A stretch of 64,000 nt of DNA from Moniliella sp. 'wahieum' (GCA_003971905.1 RSEE01000022.1:248001-312000), one strand, 5' to 3'. Numbered from the stretch's first letter, positions 35,908-57,564 are shown. Notes: generated by a model not told the origin, from the sequence alone. Program-made: numbers and translations.

Positions 35908-37089
35908 GGCCAGCGCTGGCGGGTTGGGTGGGTAGCGGGGGAGATGGGGGAGGGGGAGCGAGACGAGAGCGCTTTTTGTATGTTGGGAGCGGCGCCCAGG
36001 GAGTGGGGTGTAGATCTATGCCTCAAAGGCCGATGGGGGGATGGTGGTAGCTGGCCGTCTACTTGGTACAGGCACACAACGCATCGACCGAACCGGCCGA
36101 CATGGCACCGAGAGCAGTAGGGCGATACGGTGCCGAGCGGCTGAGCTGACAGGCAAGCGCGTTTGGGGCGGGTGCGATAAGAGACGGAGGCATGTGTAGT
36201 GTGGCCGATCGAACGTGTCGAATGTGGATGGAAGGCCGACGGGCGCCCAGGGAAGAATGGCGTGTGGAGCGCTGGCTGGCTGGGACGCGTGACGGGACGG
36301 GTGAGTGGGGCAGACCGAGACAAGCGCAGTGGAGTCTGCCTTTGTCCCACACAGATGCCCCCCCGCCCAGCAACGAGTAGCCGCCCAGGTGCTGCCCATC
36401 CGCCCCCCGCCTGCGGCCGCCGCCCCCGGCCGCGTCTGGCGCCGCGCGGCGCCGCCCCATTCCAACCACCCAGAGCACAGGCAATGCGCGCTGAGCTCAG
36501 CATCCCGCTTTATTGGGCGGGGGCCTGTCCTGGCCAGCTCCGCTTTCTTTCAGCTTTCCGCACTAGGCATGTTGAAATGTTTCCGTTGATAGATCAAGTC
36601 GATCAAGCTCATAGATGATCGATGAGCCCAACCACATGGCTAGCGCCTAGCTAGCTACGTTGCACCCCGCCGCCTGCTGCCGCCTTGCCTGCCAGGCCCT
36701 GCCTGAATTGGACAGGTGCATGATGCATGGTGTCACCCTTCACAATCACAGGTGGCTGGAGTGTGTGACATGTGATGCAACTGTGACATGTGTAGTGACT
36801 AGTGGCTTGTGACAACATGGCACGAATGGCCCTTTGAACGTTGAACGTTGAACGTTAGCCTTGAAATCATTACAGGCAGAAGTGCACGTGACGTAGTGGC
36901 CACGTGACTCACACCCATCTGGCTCATTTGCCGCTGATGCTCTGAAAGCAAGCTGGCAGGATGAAAGATTGAACAGTTGGTCTGGGTGGCGACGACGACG
37001 GCGAGCCAAAGGGAGGATAGGAAAGGGACGAGTGGCACGCCGAAAACAACCATCCTGCATCCTCCACTCGCTTCCTTGTCCCGGCCACC

Positions 37090-38097
37090 ATGGAGGCCGA
37101 GCGCGTCTCTGTGTCTTCCCCGCCTACCTGCTGCCTTGCCCCAGCCCGTCTCGACCATTGCATCCCGAGAAGACACAGACGAGCGCACAGGGGACAGGGA
37201 AGCCGCCGGAAGCGCAGCCGCTGCCAGGCGGCGAGGACGAGGACGAAGACGAGTGCTGCCTCATCTGTCTGGGTCTGATTGAGGACCGCACGGCACTGCC
37301 GCCTTGTGGGCATTCCCAGTTCTGTTTTGCCTGCATCTGCCGTTGGGCCGAGCAAGCACGCAAGTGTCCGCTGTGCTCACGCCCCTTCACCTACCTCGTC
37401 CACCACATTCATTCCCCCCGCGACTTTTCCCGTTTCTACCTCCGTCCTTTGTCTCTCCCGCTCCAGCCGCCTCCCTCCCCCTCCCGCGCCGAGGAGGAGG
37501 AAGAGGAGGATCGCGAGCTCGCCGTGCGAAGGCGGGTATACCGGCACCAAACCTACGCTCTTCACGTCGGCAGCAACCGGTTTACCCGGTTCACCCGCCT
37601 CCCACTGTGACTGCATTTGCCACGTCGCCCGGGCTGTGTCTGCGAGCGCGCCAATTCTGCTTGCGAGAGTTGGTGTGTGGAGGCACCTTCCCCCCTCGCA
37701 GCGCGAATGGATTGCCTCCTACCTCATTGCGATGGGCAAGGAGCTGAGTTTGGGGTCGGATGCGGCCGTCGAGCTGTTGGCCGAGTTGGTCGCTGTCCCG
37801 CCTTCAGAGGCCCATCACTTTCTCCATGAGCTGCAACATTTTCTCCGCTCGCCGTTTCGGACGGTGCAAATGTGGGATCAGTACGTGCGCTATGCCCCAC
37901 CGCGCCCACCTGCACCGGATTCTGCCGCCCCCCCCCCCACGCCATTCGTGTGTGTCCTCCCCGCCCCCTCCTCGTCCTCCTCGTCCGCGGCCCAGTCCCC
38001 AGTCCACCCTCGACCCCAGCGCCCCCTCGCGCGGAAGGAGATCCTTCGGCGTCTAGAGCGAGAAAAGGCGTTGCTAGCACGGCGGAGATCGAGGTGA
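37090..38097 (+). CDS. C3HC4 RING-finger protein (Topors-like E3 ligase)
   Basis: CLICLGLIEDRTALPPCGHSQFCFACICRWAEQARKCPLC, RRRVYRHQTYALHVGSNRFT, FCLRELV, HFLHELQHFLRSPFRTVQMWDQYVRY. Confidence 0.85.
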
Positions 38098-38224
38098 GAA
38101 ACGCGGAGAAGATATGTATTATTCATCTATGATACCTTACTTCCATAACAGAATACCATGCAAATCTTGCCTGGGGAACGGGAGGACCTTAGGCGTTTGA
38201 GGAAGCCTAGAAATGGAATGGGAT

Positions 38225-40751
38225 CTAGGGCGGGTACGCATCAAACCTCAGTCCCGAACGCAGGCGCATCATCAATCCCAACGAGTCGTATGCAGGCGGC
38301 AGCGGGATGGAAGGGAAGCTCAACCGACCCGCGTTCCGAGGGGCGGGGCTCCCGTCGTGGTGGCCCAGCGAGAGAGTGTGCGAATTCGACGCCAAGGAAC
38401 GTGGACTGGACGTTTGCGAACGGTCCCTTGGTGGCGTGGGAAGACTCGCGAAAGGAACAGGTGGACTAGGTACCGCACAGCTTACTGCCCCTCCCCCCAG
38501 CGGCGAGGGGGGAGAGTGTGGGCGCCAACCTACAGGCAACTCTCCGACTTTACCATGGCTCGGCACCGAGTCGCTCGACACGTCGGCCGAATGCTCGTCT
38601 GGTACCAAACGAGGGGGCAGAAGCGATTCCTGTTGCGCAGTGAGTTCAGTCATGGAGATCCCGCAGACGCAGTGGGTCTGCAGGTGGTCAGCATCTGGCA
38701 CCACCGGAGCCGCACTGGGTCGGATGGAGTGTAGCGTGGGAGCGTGACTGCGTTGTACGCAACGCAGCAAGAAGGGATGATAGCCGGTTGGCGCAAGGCA
38801 AACACTTTGATTTTCCGGTCCCCACCTGATGGGCGGGGAGGTGTTGCATTAGCTCCTTGCGCGAGCCATACATCGATGGCCGGATCACGAGAATACACAA
38901 TCTCAACCAGGAGCGTATGGGAGAACCGGATGGAAGCGCGGCTGCCTGGCATGGTAGTTGCACGAATCTCGTTATCGTCCGGCAAGCGGACCGGGTTTTG
39001 CACGGACCAAGCATCATCATTCCCCGCGGCACGGATGAATCCTTGCGACGGATCTCCTTCGCCATGCTTGGTGACCGAGCCGGGCTTGGGTGGTACCCAG
39101 CCCTGCTCAAAAAGACAATGGCGTTGGACGGGGAGCGTTTGCTTGCCCCTCCGCCGTGTGTCGAGTTCGATCGTCGTTTCCAGCGTAACGCGGGCCAAGT
39201 AGACGATCAAGTCCTGCGGCGGTTGAGGCGAGTGGAGATCAATATTCATAATCCCTCCGACGGAGATGTTGGTAGAGGTGAGAGAGATACTCAAGAGCCC
39301 GACTGACGGGTGCAAGTCATGGTACAGAATCGCGAGTGTGGGGTAGCAAAGAAATGAGTCGGCGTAGGGACGACAATAGGATAAATCTCCTGTACATCCT
39401 CCACGTTCGAGTGCGCACGGCCGCCACCGACCACGACGGCGTTGATGGTCCATTTGACGCGGCCAAGCGGACTCCGTTCATAAGGCGGTACATCGCTCGG
39501 CAGGATAAAGGCAAAGGAGAAAGAATGCACACCCTTGGTTAGAAAGAGACCTTCCTCTTCTTCCGCCTCACCGCCCGAATCGGGTTCGGCGCGAGTTAGT
39601 CGCGACGAGGGACGAGAAAAGACAGGGGATGATCCGTAAGCTTCCCGAGAAGAATCGCGGCGATCCTTATCCTGAACACCATGAAACAGACTGGAGAAGC
39701 GGGATGATCCCTGCGACACATCTTCCTCCTGCTCCTCCTGCTCCAGCTGCTCATCAGCAGTAGCGATGGAAGAAGAACGGTGATGGCGGCCTAGTCGTCC
39801 CAGGGAGATGGGTCGCATACCGCGTCCAGTGCTCGCGTCCCGTTTCAACCTGGATGGCACAGCGGGGGAAGGGGGGGGAGAAAGGGAGGACTCAATCCTA
39901 AACTGGGATGCCGGGCGGGAAACGGGGCTGCCAATGTGAGGCACAGAGGAACCGGGTGTGGATTCAGGGCGACGAGAAAGGGCGGAGTGTTCCACGCTCT
40001 CGGATCCAGCAGAGGCGGGATCGAGGATAGACGCCGCATCGTCCTCTCCCCCGGGGGTAGGGCCAGCAAAGGGTTGAGGGCCAGTCCAGCAGGACGGATG
40101 GCCAGAGAACGTCCTCGGGACTGTTGAGTACGCGCCAGATTGCTTTCCGGTGTGGGGCTGGGGAGGCGACTGAACGATCGCCGGGGAGGGTCGGGGTGTC
40201 GACCTCAGCCACATCGTTCAACTGGCATCTGGGGGGGAGCGAGAAGTCGACGAGCGGACAAGGGACCGGAGGCCGCTGTGAGAGCGTGATCGGTCAGGGG
40301 TATGCTGAGCACGCCTAGGTGGTCGGGAGCGGGACTGGGAGCGAGAGCGGGAGCGGGAGCCAGACAGAGATCGAGAGCAGGCACGAGGACATGTGGTATT
40401 ATGGGACACACCGCGAGGCGGGTAGAAGAGAGTTTGCTCAAAAACAACCGACTGTTCCCAGTTAATCGGGACCGTCAAAGCGGCGGAATCGAGGATGGCG
40501 ACGACCTGGTCAGCTCGCAAGCGCAGCCGGATCTCAGAAACGGTCCGGTCACTGGGCACTCGCACCTCCACAACGCCGCGCACCAGTTCGGCATCCTCCG
40601 TGGTTGTGGGTGGCGTACCGGTGAGGTAGGACCAGTCGGGCTCAGAGTCGGGGGTACCAGAGGGGCGGACGCGCCTGGGCGGGTGGATAAAGACGGCGCT
40701 CTGCATAACCCGCACATGCGGCTCACACGACTGCAGTAGAGAGGACAACAT
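38225..40751 (-). CDS. Alpha-arrestin (ART-like) adaptor
   Basis: Arrestin N-domain strands LVRGVVEVRVP...IRLRL, then GVHSFSFAFILPSDVPPYERSPLGRVKWTINA. C-domain VRLPDDNEIRATT...IRFSHTLLVEIVY. PY-type motifs LPRY and PPAY near the C-terminus. Confidence 0.8.
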
Positions 40752-41642
40752 GCGCAGGACGGTGGTGGTTTGGGGAGCGGGAGGGAAAGGGAAAAGGAGG
40801 TCAACATGATGCAAAGGAGCTGTGTGGTGAGCGATGGGGGTATAGTATAATGAGCTCCCTTGAGGTTTTCGGCGCCACCGGAAGCATATCCGTCCACACT
40901 TCTTACTGTATGTACGGTGTGTGGAGCTGTCACACTGCAGTTTGGCGTTGGGCCTTCCCAATGGCAGTTTCGACTGGCTGGATCCTGGCGTTGTGTCTAC
41001 GGGCTATTACCGTGCCTCTTGGCACTCAAGTGCTCCGGGGTCGACTCCTAGGAACAGCCATCCACAGAGGTGGGGGTCAATATATCGCAGTCACTGGAAA
41101 TGGCACACCACAAGTATACTAGGGCGACTCAGAAGCAGGATGCTGTCTCCACCAAGAAGAGCGAGAAGCTTTCACCTTTCTAGGGGTATAGCTTCCGAGA
41201 GGATTTAGCGTCAAAAGTTTCCATAAATTTTGCGATGTGGTGCCTTCGCCTGCCTTCGCGTGCCGAAGCGCAGATGCCGTCATCGCGCCCAATTTGCGCT
41301 CGACGCAGTTATTATTATAGTTCGAAAGGGCATTGGCTGGCGTTTTTGTGATCGATTAGGGCGTTGTGCGGCACAATAACTCCATCGTTGTTTCCATCCA
41401 CCGTTCGCGACATTACACACCGAATCAACGCGGTGAACACGTGCACCCTTGTGCACCAGCCTCCCCAGTCACGTACTAATACCATTTGCACACCCAACAG
41501 GGCAGCATAGTAGAATGGCTTCATCTCGCCCATCGTCTTTTGGTGTACTGGATTGTGAGTTGTGAATTGTGAGTATTGAGGGGGGAGAATACGATTGGCT
41601 GAGGCTTGTGTGATAAATTAACTGGCTCCCTCATCTACTCAA

Positions 41643-41713
41643 GGGCGGATAGCGTAGGGTAGAGCGCTTGCTTAGCATGCATGAGGTCCGGGGTTCAATT
41701 CCCTGTTCGTCCA
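41643..41713 (+). tRNA. tRNA-Ala(AGC), intronless
   Basis: Acceptor GGGCGGA/TTCGTCC with the G3:U70 Ala identity pair, anticodon loop TT-AGC-AT, T-arm CGGGG-TTCAATT-CCCTG, T6 terminator. Confidence 0.93.
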
Positions 41714-41883
41714 TTTTTTGTCGGGCATCGCATTTTCACCCGCTTCACTTATTCAAACCATTCGACTGCCCACCACGCCTGCTCAGGGGAGGAGATATAG
41801 AAGGCTGGCAAACATATTCCTCTAGGAAGGCCAATATACAAGTGAGGGCATGTGGTCTCGTTTGTGTCCACGTTGCGATCAAC

Positions 41884-43754
41884 TCATAGATTTCTACGCC
41901 CGATCGTCGTCGGCGTCATCGTCTTCTTCCTCGGAATGATAATCACCTGTGCGAAGATGGGGGTCGGCTGGGTGTCTTGCCAGGCCGCGGTGTACTTGGG
42001 CCCTTCGGCCTTGACCTTATCAGCGTACTTGAGCAACGCCTCGCGCGGGTCCTCGGCTCGCGAGTTGTCTTTGTAGATGCCTTGGACTAGGTGCTGGGTC
42101 GCCGCTGACCCGATCCGCCCACCACGCCCGGGCCCATTGATAGGACGCTCTGGGATACGGCTGGCGACCGGGTCCTTACGCATCTTGTCCAGTCTCCTCC
42201 GCTTGCTCGCTGCGCTCAATCCGGTCGTCGTCCGCAGTTGCCCCGAACCCAGCATGACGTCCCCCTCGGCATCAGGCATCGTGTCCCGCAGACTATCCGA
42301 GATGAAGTCCTCCACATCCTTCCTCCTCCTGCTGGCCCGGTTCACTGAGAGGAGTGCCCCCTTGGTACTCGAATCAGGAGAATAGAAGACGTGTACCCGT
42401 CCACTACTGCTCGAAGCAAAGACCTGGTTGATTTGGCATGCCAGGCTAGCCGAACCACTGAACCCGGCGAGTCGCCAACGGAGACCTGCTGACGCAGCGA
42501 AAGGTCTCTTCGGTTGAGAACATTGATGTGTCCCGCCTTGTCTCCAGCTGAGCCCGTAAGGATGGTTCGCTCGTCGGGAGAGAGATGATGTTGTCTCAGC
42601 GTAGAGGTTGGGCAGCTCCTTCCTCTCGGCCAGGGGGCGCTGCAAGCTTCGCACGTCCCACAGCTTGACTGTATCATCCCCCTCCCCTCCTCGGGTGGCA
42701 AGGGTGTGAGAGTCGGCGCTCCAAGCCAAGCCTGAGGTGAAGGTGCCGGGCACGTGGGCCGCTTCGAGCGTCGCAGTGGGCCGGGCAAAGTTGGAGTTGG
42801 TCGCCCAAAGGCGCAGCGCACCATCGGAAGAGACAGCAGCAATCTGACCTCCGGTCGGACTGTACGCAGCCTGCGTCACTTTGGTCCGCGTCCCAGGCTG
42901 CTTAGACTTGACCACAATGATGCTGTGTTGTTCTAGGACATGGTCCACATCCCATAGCCGAATGGAGCTGTCCGTGGCGGCAGTGAGAAAGACCCCACGG
43001 TTCTGAGGGTGCCATTGGCCACAGGTCATCTCTGACACGTGGCCCGATGTCCGCCGCATATCGCGAATATACACATCGCCCCGCTTGTAGGTCAGAGGGC
43101 GGTCGCCGTCCCGGGTATAGACCATGGCCTGGGCCGTAGCAGGGAAACAAGGAGCATATCCCCTTGCGGGGACCAGTGCAGATCGTGTATCACGTGCGAC
43201 CCACTCGGCTCCCATGATTTGAACGGGCGCAGAGACGAGGTCATCCCACCAAAATCCCACAGCTTCACTTCCCCATCGTAGCTGCCGGTCGCCACTCGTG
43301 TTCCTGATGGATCCACATCCAGTGCTGATACGATCTGAACAAACATGTCAGGATGAATCACTCCTATTGGAATGAGGACATACTTTGGTGTGATCCTGCA
43401 AGATTGCCTCGTGGCTAATGGGGAGGGGGAGGGTAGGGTCCTCTGGTTCCGGACCTAGGTCCTCGTCCTCACTACTTTCCTCTGCTTCGAGCTGGGCATT
43501 GGCCTCCCGCTCTGCAGCCGTCCCATCATCATCGTACTCTTCGTCGGCCGAAGATTTGCCCTTTCTGGCGGCGAGAATGCGACTGGCCAGGGATGAACTA
43601 GGCGCCGCAGCCGCAGCGGGGAGGTTTGTGCTGGCTGCTGTAGGCGAGGAGGTGGATGTCGGGTTGGAGGGAGCAGCAGGAGCCGGGGCTTTGCGCTTGG
43701 GTGCCTGCTTTCCAAAACCCATGGGCAGCATCGCCCGGAGAGCAGCCTCGTCAT
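41884..43754 (-). CDS. WDR70: WD40-repeat protein WDR70 homologue
   Basis: MLPMGFGKQ, LPISHEAILQDHTK, SALDVDPSGTRVATGSYD, WDFGGM, KRGDVYIRDMRRTSGHVSE, RGGEGDDTVKLWDVR, RKDPVASRIPERPINGPGRGGRIG, EDPREALLKYA. Confidence 0.9.
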
Positions 43755-44011
43755 GGTAGAAGTGATGTCGAGGCGATGGTGTGCAGAGAGGAGCGGCTGG
43801 TACCGCACTGGGAGGGCACAGGCCATCCATGAAATTTGAACGCTCCTCCTACGCCCGCTGCACAGTGGCTGCGTCAGACGAAAAAAATAAAAACAAAAAA
43901 AAAATAATGCAAAACGCATTTCAACCGCGTTTCCGTTCCCTTCCAACCGCCCCACCACCTGCGATCGAGCCAGCCTCCGAAGTGAGCACCCATCCCACCC
44001 ATCTCACCACC

Positions 44012-47641
<3,630 letters not shown>

Positions 47642-47913
47642 GTGCCATTCAATCCCATTTCGCGCGGAGGCCTTCCTTCCCTCTCCAGTTTGTCCCCGGC
47701 CGGGAAGAGAAACAAAGGACTGCTAGAAAAACAGGTGGTGCCCACTGGTATGCACGTAGACCGATCCATGTCAGTCCCTTATCCTATCTGGCGCCCGCCT
47801 GCTATGATTGATGCCTGGATGACTAGATGACTCCTGCTGAAAGCCGACCACCACCATTCGATGCATTGCAAGTGCCCACCGCCTCCTACCGAACCAACTT
47901 CGTCAAAAAAAAT

Positions 47914-48001
47914 CTCTCCGACCGGGAATCGAACCCGGGTCTCGTCCGAACGCCTGCCAAACAGTGACAGGGACGTGTCATAGCCACTAAACTATCGGAG
48001 A
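47914..48001 (-). tRNA. tRNA-Asp(GTC) with 16-nt intron (47949-47964)
   Basis: Reverse complement: acceptor TCTCCGA/TCGGAGA, anticodon stem CGTCC/GGACG with loop CT-GTC-A^C, T-arm CCGGG-TTCGATT-CCCGG, discriminator G, T8 terminator. Confidence 0.95.
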
Positions 48002-49058
48002 CACATGCTCTGGATTGTCATGTCAAAATTTGCCACAACCCTTGATTTTACCCACTCAGTACTCAGTGGCGTATTGTTTAACCCTTTGAGACAGAAGAGA
48101 TTGTCCGAAAAATACCAGGTTACTCACTACTTACACCGTCCGCCAGCCGGTGAATGCCATTTGTCATCCTGTACTAGCTGTACTGCTAATCATCGATGCT
48201 ACCATCCGCATCTCCCGGATCCAGATCTCAAATCTCTCGGATCGTACAGATCGCCGAAGATTTTGCCGGTCACGCTCTGTCATGTGATGCAGCGTTGTGT
48301 CACTAGCTTGTCACTTTGGGTGCGCCCCAACTCCGATGCTCCGTGGAGCCAGCCCCTACCAGGAATCTGACTGCGTCCTAAGTGGGGCAAGATGGGAGGT
48401 TGTGGTGGGAGATGCTCGATGCTCAGCTTCAGCGATCATCGAAACCAACCAATACAGCTCTGAATCTGGCTTCAAGCTTCAGAGCTTCGAGAGCGCCTGA
48501 GCGCCTGAGAACCCCAGGCTTTTCAGGGCATCAGGCTTCCGACTTGGGTGACCCGGTGACGGTAACATGGACCGTCCAGCTGCTCCGGCCATCATGCGTC
48601 ATGCATCATACATCATGCATCATGGGGCCGTCCACCCGTCCGCCCACAGCAAGTAGATCGACGGCAAAACAAGGGTTGGACGTTGGCCGGCAGTGGCTTG
48701 ACTAGTGACTTGTCCTTTCCCTGTCTTTCCACGTCCTTCCCCATCCCATCGGCCAAGTCATTGCTTGGGATTCACCGGCATCAAGCATCATATGGTTGCC
48801 TCCCGGTGAGAGTGGTCGGTGCTCCGCCGCCATCCCGTGTTCCTACCTGCCATCCCACACAGGCGCTTCGGTTCCCGCTCGGGGGCGCTGTGGACCCAAA
48901 ACAAGCCGGCTGCGCCGCACACTGGTACAATGCTGTCCAGGTGATGCAGCAGGAGGCCTGTGCCGCTGCTGCCCATTCCCCTGCTCCCCAGCAGCGGCAC
49001 TGCAGCGGCACAAAACGCCCATCATGCTATCAAGCTTCAAGCTTCAAGTGACTAGTGA

Positions 49059-51359
<2,301 letters not shown>

Positions 51360-51632
51360 CGCGGAGGCCGGGCGCGACTGTTTTGTCCACCTCTTTTGTC
51401 TGCTCCGATACCCCAGACTCATGGTCTCACCGTTTTGCCCCATTCATCCGTCGTTGCTCTGCTGCCTTTGTTTGGTGTTGATCAATGTCGGCTCCTTTTC
51501 GTATCTATGAAACGAGGTTCATGATCAAATGTGCAATTAGTATGTAACTTTTGGACCGATTAGGGCAGAGTGGTTAGTGTGGTGTGGCAGGGGGATGTGC
51601 AAGCAGAAGAAAACAAGCACGAAAGCGAAGTG

Positions 51633-53767
<2,135 letters not shown>

Positions 53768-54545
53768 GGCAGGTGGTGGCGGCGGCGGAGGAGGAGGAGG
53801 TAACGCAGATGGAGAAGATGGCCAGTCGCGAAGAGTCCAGCGGCGAGTGGGAGGGATGCGGATGATGGGTGAGATGATGCAGGTGATGTCTGATGCCTTC
53901 GTCCTCCCACGCGGGGAAGTCGGAGAACGGAGAAGACACTGCCCTCCTGCTGCCTCGTACGGCGGGTCCGGATTAAATATTTGGCGGGGGGCCTGGCCTA
54001 GGACTGGGCAATTAAAATAGCGACACCAACACCCGCCGGCTCCCGGTTGCTCGCTCGCCCGGCGGAACGGAGGCCTCCCCCTCCTCGACAGCGTGCGCAG
54101 TGCTTGTCCCCCGCCACTCGCCACCCACTTGCACCCACGGGTCCCACGGACGAGGGTGGCTGAGGCGGCAGGGAAACTGGAAGGGACATTGCGTTTGATA
54201 GCTTCGTTCCAGCACTCGTCTCATGTCAGGCCACCGTATTTGTCCTGGCGTGGCTCAGCCTCAGCATCAGCAAAGCACAACCGGGGCCGGCTGAGGCGCT
54301 GAGAGCTTGGTGTCATTATTATTTCAGTGTTGATGCATGACTAGTGACGAGTGACTGCATGCCTGTCACTGTAAAAATGGGCATCACGTGACGGGTGCAA
54401 CCAGCGCAGCGGCAAAGGCGCCGGATGCCGTAATCCGCTCAAAGGGCCGGGGCACGGGGCGGCTGGGCGGCTGGCGGCGCGCGTCTGCGGCCAGTTGGGA
54501 TCGCCAGATCGTCGGCCCGCCCCGCCTCCGCCTGCTCCACCAGCC

Positions 54546-55025
54546 ATGGCGCTTCGCAACCGGCAGCAACCGGCCTCCTCCGCCCCGCCCGCAGCCACTG
54601 GCTGGGCCAAGGACGACCCCGTCCACAAGGGCCGCATCGTCACCATGGCCCAGAGTGTGCCGCTCCTGCCCAGCACGCCCGCCGACCTGGCCTCCTACGG
54701 CCCTCCCGTCACCCCGCACTGGGTCGCCCACCACCCCATGGCCTACATCAGCGCCGTCCCCAACGATCTGTGGCGCCTCGGCATGGCCTGGGATGGCGAG
54801 TCTGTCTTCTCCATGCTCGAGCCCTGGGAGGCCATGGCCTGTGGTACGTGTCCCCGCCCGCTTCCATGTGCTTTCCTAGCTTGCTGACTGCGACCCGCAC
54901 TGTGGCCAGCGACGATGGTCCTGATCGTTGTTGTCCTGCTCGCCCACTCCTTCACCTATCTCCCGGGCACCCTCTCCTACCTCGTCCGCCGCGGAATCTA
55001 CTATGCGACAGGCACAGAGAACTGA
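54546..55025 (+). CDS. Serine palmitoyltransferase small-subunit-like membrane protein
   Basis: After removing intron 54844-54909: FSMLEPWEAMACATMVLIVVVLLAHSFTYLPGTLSYLVRRGIYYATGTEN*. This matches the MLEPWE-TM-YLP...R.xYY pattern of the ssSPT-like family. Confidence 0.75.
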
Positions 55026-55868
55026 CCACGCATCTCTCGCCTTTCTATCGCGCTCCACCCCTGCTATGTACTCCCGCCCGCCACCTCACCCACCAAGTCG
55101 CATCCGTTCCTGTTCCATCATCCTCTCCTCCTCCTCCCATCATTCTGCCTCTTAGGACTGCGTATCGTAACGCATAGGAAGTGCGAAGGGGGAGTACTGG
55201 GCATCAGGGAATGTACCCTTTTGCACTCCATGCCGACGAGGGTCGGCTGTTGCCACCCGCAGGCCTCACCCCCCATAGCACAGCCAATAGCATGCTTCCG
55301 GACCACCCTGGTGACCTTGTATTTAACCATACGTGTGTGGAACCGACCCGAATGCGCCTAGCCCTCAGTCCTGCCCGAGCCTGTGCAGGTACTGAGGATA
55401 GGATCCTCGTCCCGCTAACGTCAGGGTCCTTGGCCACAAAACCCAGGCAAGCAGTGCACTACGCGGGCGGTTTCGCGGCGCCGGCGTAAGCCCACACTCC
55501 CGGTTGCCCTTCCTGCTTCCTGCGCCCTAAAGGTTTCCATTTGTAAAATCGGTTCTTGTCGGAGGCGCTATTCTTCTACTACAATGCGACTCTGTCGGGC
55601 CCAATTCCCAAGCTGCCCCAAAGAGAGGATGCGATGGACGGATGAGAAGACATTCTGGTCAATCCAGCTCCAGAGACTTGATCTTTGCCTCTCTCGCTCG
55701 GTACATTGCGGGAAGCAGTGATAATTTTACGACCGCCGAGGGCAGTGCTGCGATCGGTCCCTCAGGTTACCGGCCCGAGTCACCTCGTCCAGTTTCCTAA
55801 CCTGTCTACCAACGAGAAGTTGATGCTACGGACTATGGATTGTTTAGACATTGCCGACTCTTTACCCT

Positions 55869-57564
55869 TTACCCAACTGTTGTCCATGGCCAAAACAGTA
55901 ATTTTATTCTTTTGGTTCTTGTTACGAAAGCGGCAACACAACGACCCCGAGTCATGGATATAGCACAGCAGATTGCCCCAGTTACACCCGAGACTAAAAG
56001 AAGGTGGACTGGCTGCGATCGTGGCGCTTGTAGCCCCCCAGGCGCGGAGGGTTGCTCACTTTTCAGCAAGCGGTCCCATGTTGACTTGGCCAGCACCCGC
56101 TCGATCCCATCCAAGCCACGGTCCAGTTCCTCGAGGGGCGGGCCAAAGCTCAGACGCACATACGGCTCCCAAGGAGAGTCGATGATGTTGCGGCGATGAG
56201 ACGGGTTGAGGTCAAAAAGATGCCCGGGGTGGTGATGACCTTCTCCTTGAGCAGTTCTTCAAAGAAGGTCATTCCGGAGCACAGCGGTGCCGGCAGCTTG
56301 CGCACACACAGCCAAATGTAAAACGTCGCCACTGGCAGCACCTCGACCGGCAGGCCCATCTTCGCCAGTCGGCTCAGCACATGGTTGCGCTTGGCCCGGA
56401 AATGAACCTGCAGTGCCATCCGATCTTGGGTGCAGTGCTCGGGGCTGAGCATAGGCACCGCGGCCAATTGCAGCGGGTGGTTGGCGCCTCCATCCAGGAA
56501 CGAGCCCGACTCGGCCAAGGCATTGACCAAATCCTGCGGTCCTACTACCCAGCACACGCGCCAGCCGGGCGGGGCAGCGGAAGTTCTTAGTCAATCCATC
56601 AATCAGGATCACCGGGTCTTTGTTGACATCGTCAATGTACTCGGCCGCGCTTACGGCGCGTCCTAGCTCGCCTTCGAGCATGTACCACGAGTAAAACTCA
56701 TCCAGTACCAGCGACACGTGCATGTCCCTGCCAATCTTGACCAGTTCCTTGAGCTCCTGCCTTCGACCAACTGCCCCGTCGGGTTGCGTGGGTTGGACAT
56801 GACCACCGTAGAGAGACCGCGGTGACGGATCTCCTTGCGCAGCCCATTCATCCGTAGCTTGTAGTTGTTCTCCTCGCTCAGCTGGGTCGGGATGGGCACC
56901 AGGCTCTTAAACACGCCCAACATGTTCTCGTACGCCGTGTACTCGGGGAGCTGGTAGCCTGTGTTGACCGACCCAATGATCGATGCTACGCGCGACAATC
57001 CCGCTCGCCCGCCGGGCACCACGCACACATTCGCAGCTGTTACTTGGACGCCTTGTCCTGGCGGAAAGTGACATTGTAGTAATTGGCAATCGCCTCGCGC
57101 AGCTTGGTCACCCCCGTCGTCGGTGCATACTCATTCACATTGTCCCCAAACGGCGAGAGATCAATAGAAGCGGGTTTGGGGTTGGCCCCAGGGATCTGGC
57201 CCGTCTCGGGGGCGCCCTGGCCAAAGTTGGACCAGTCATGCGCGCCATACTGGAACCCATTGGCCGAGGCGCGGTCCATGACGTAGATCACTCCCGCTGT
57301 GCCACCGTACCACCCCCACAGCCAAGTCAGTCAGTGTCCTGGGTCCTGGCGCCAATCCGCGCGCGCACAACCAACAAGAGGGAGAGACGTACTGCTGCCG
57401 GGGTGCGTCATGCCAGGTAACAAGTCGGACACGAGCTGGCGCGCATGGCCCGGATGGGAACGGAAGATCTCGTGCGCCTCACCCTCCTCAGGGCGGGGCG
57501 GGCTGGAGATGGGCTCGGGCGAGCCGACGCGCACAGGACTGGGGACTTGGTTTGCAAGCGCCAT
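55869..57564 (-). CDS. PLP-dependent class I/II aminotransferase (aspartate aminotransferase-like)
   Basis: PGSTGVIYVMDRA, NFGQGAPE, VVPGGRAGLSR, SNPRNPTG, LDEFYSWY, DGLTKN (PLP Lys), GGANHPLQ, TFYIWL, RLSFGP. Intron ~57297-57391; 3' end approximate. Confidence 0.92.
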
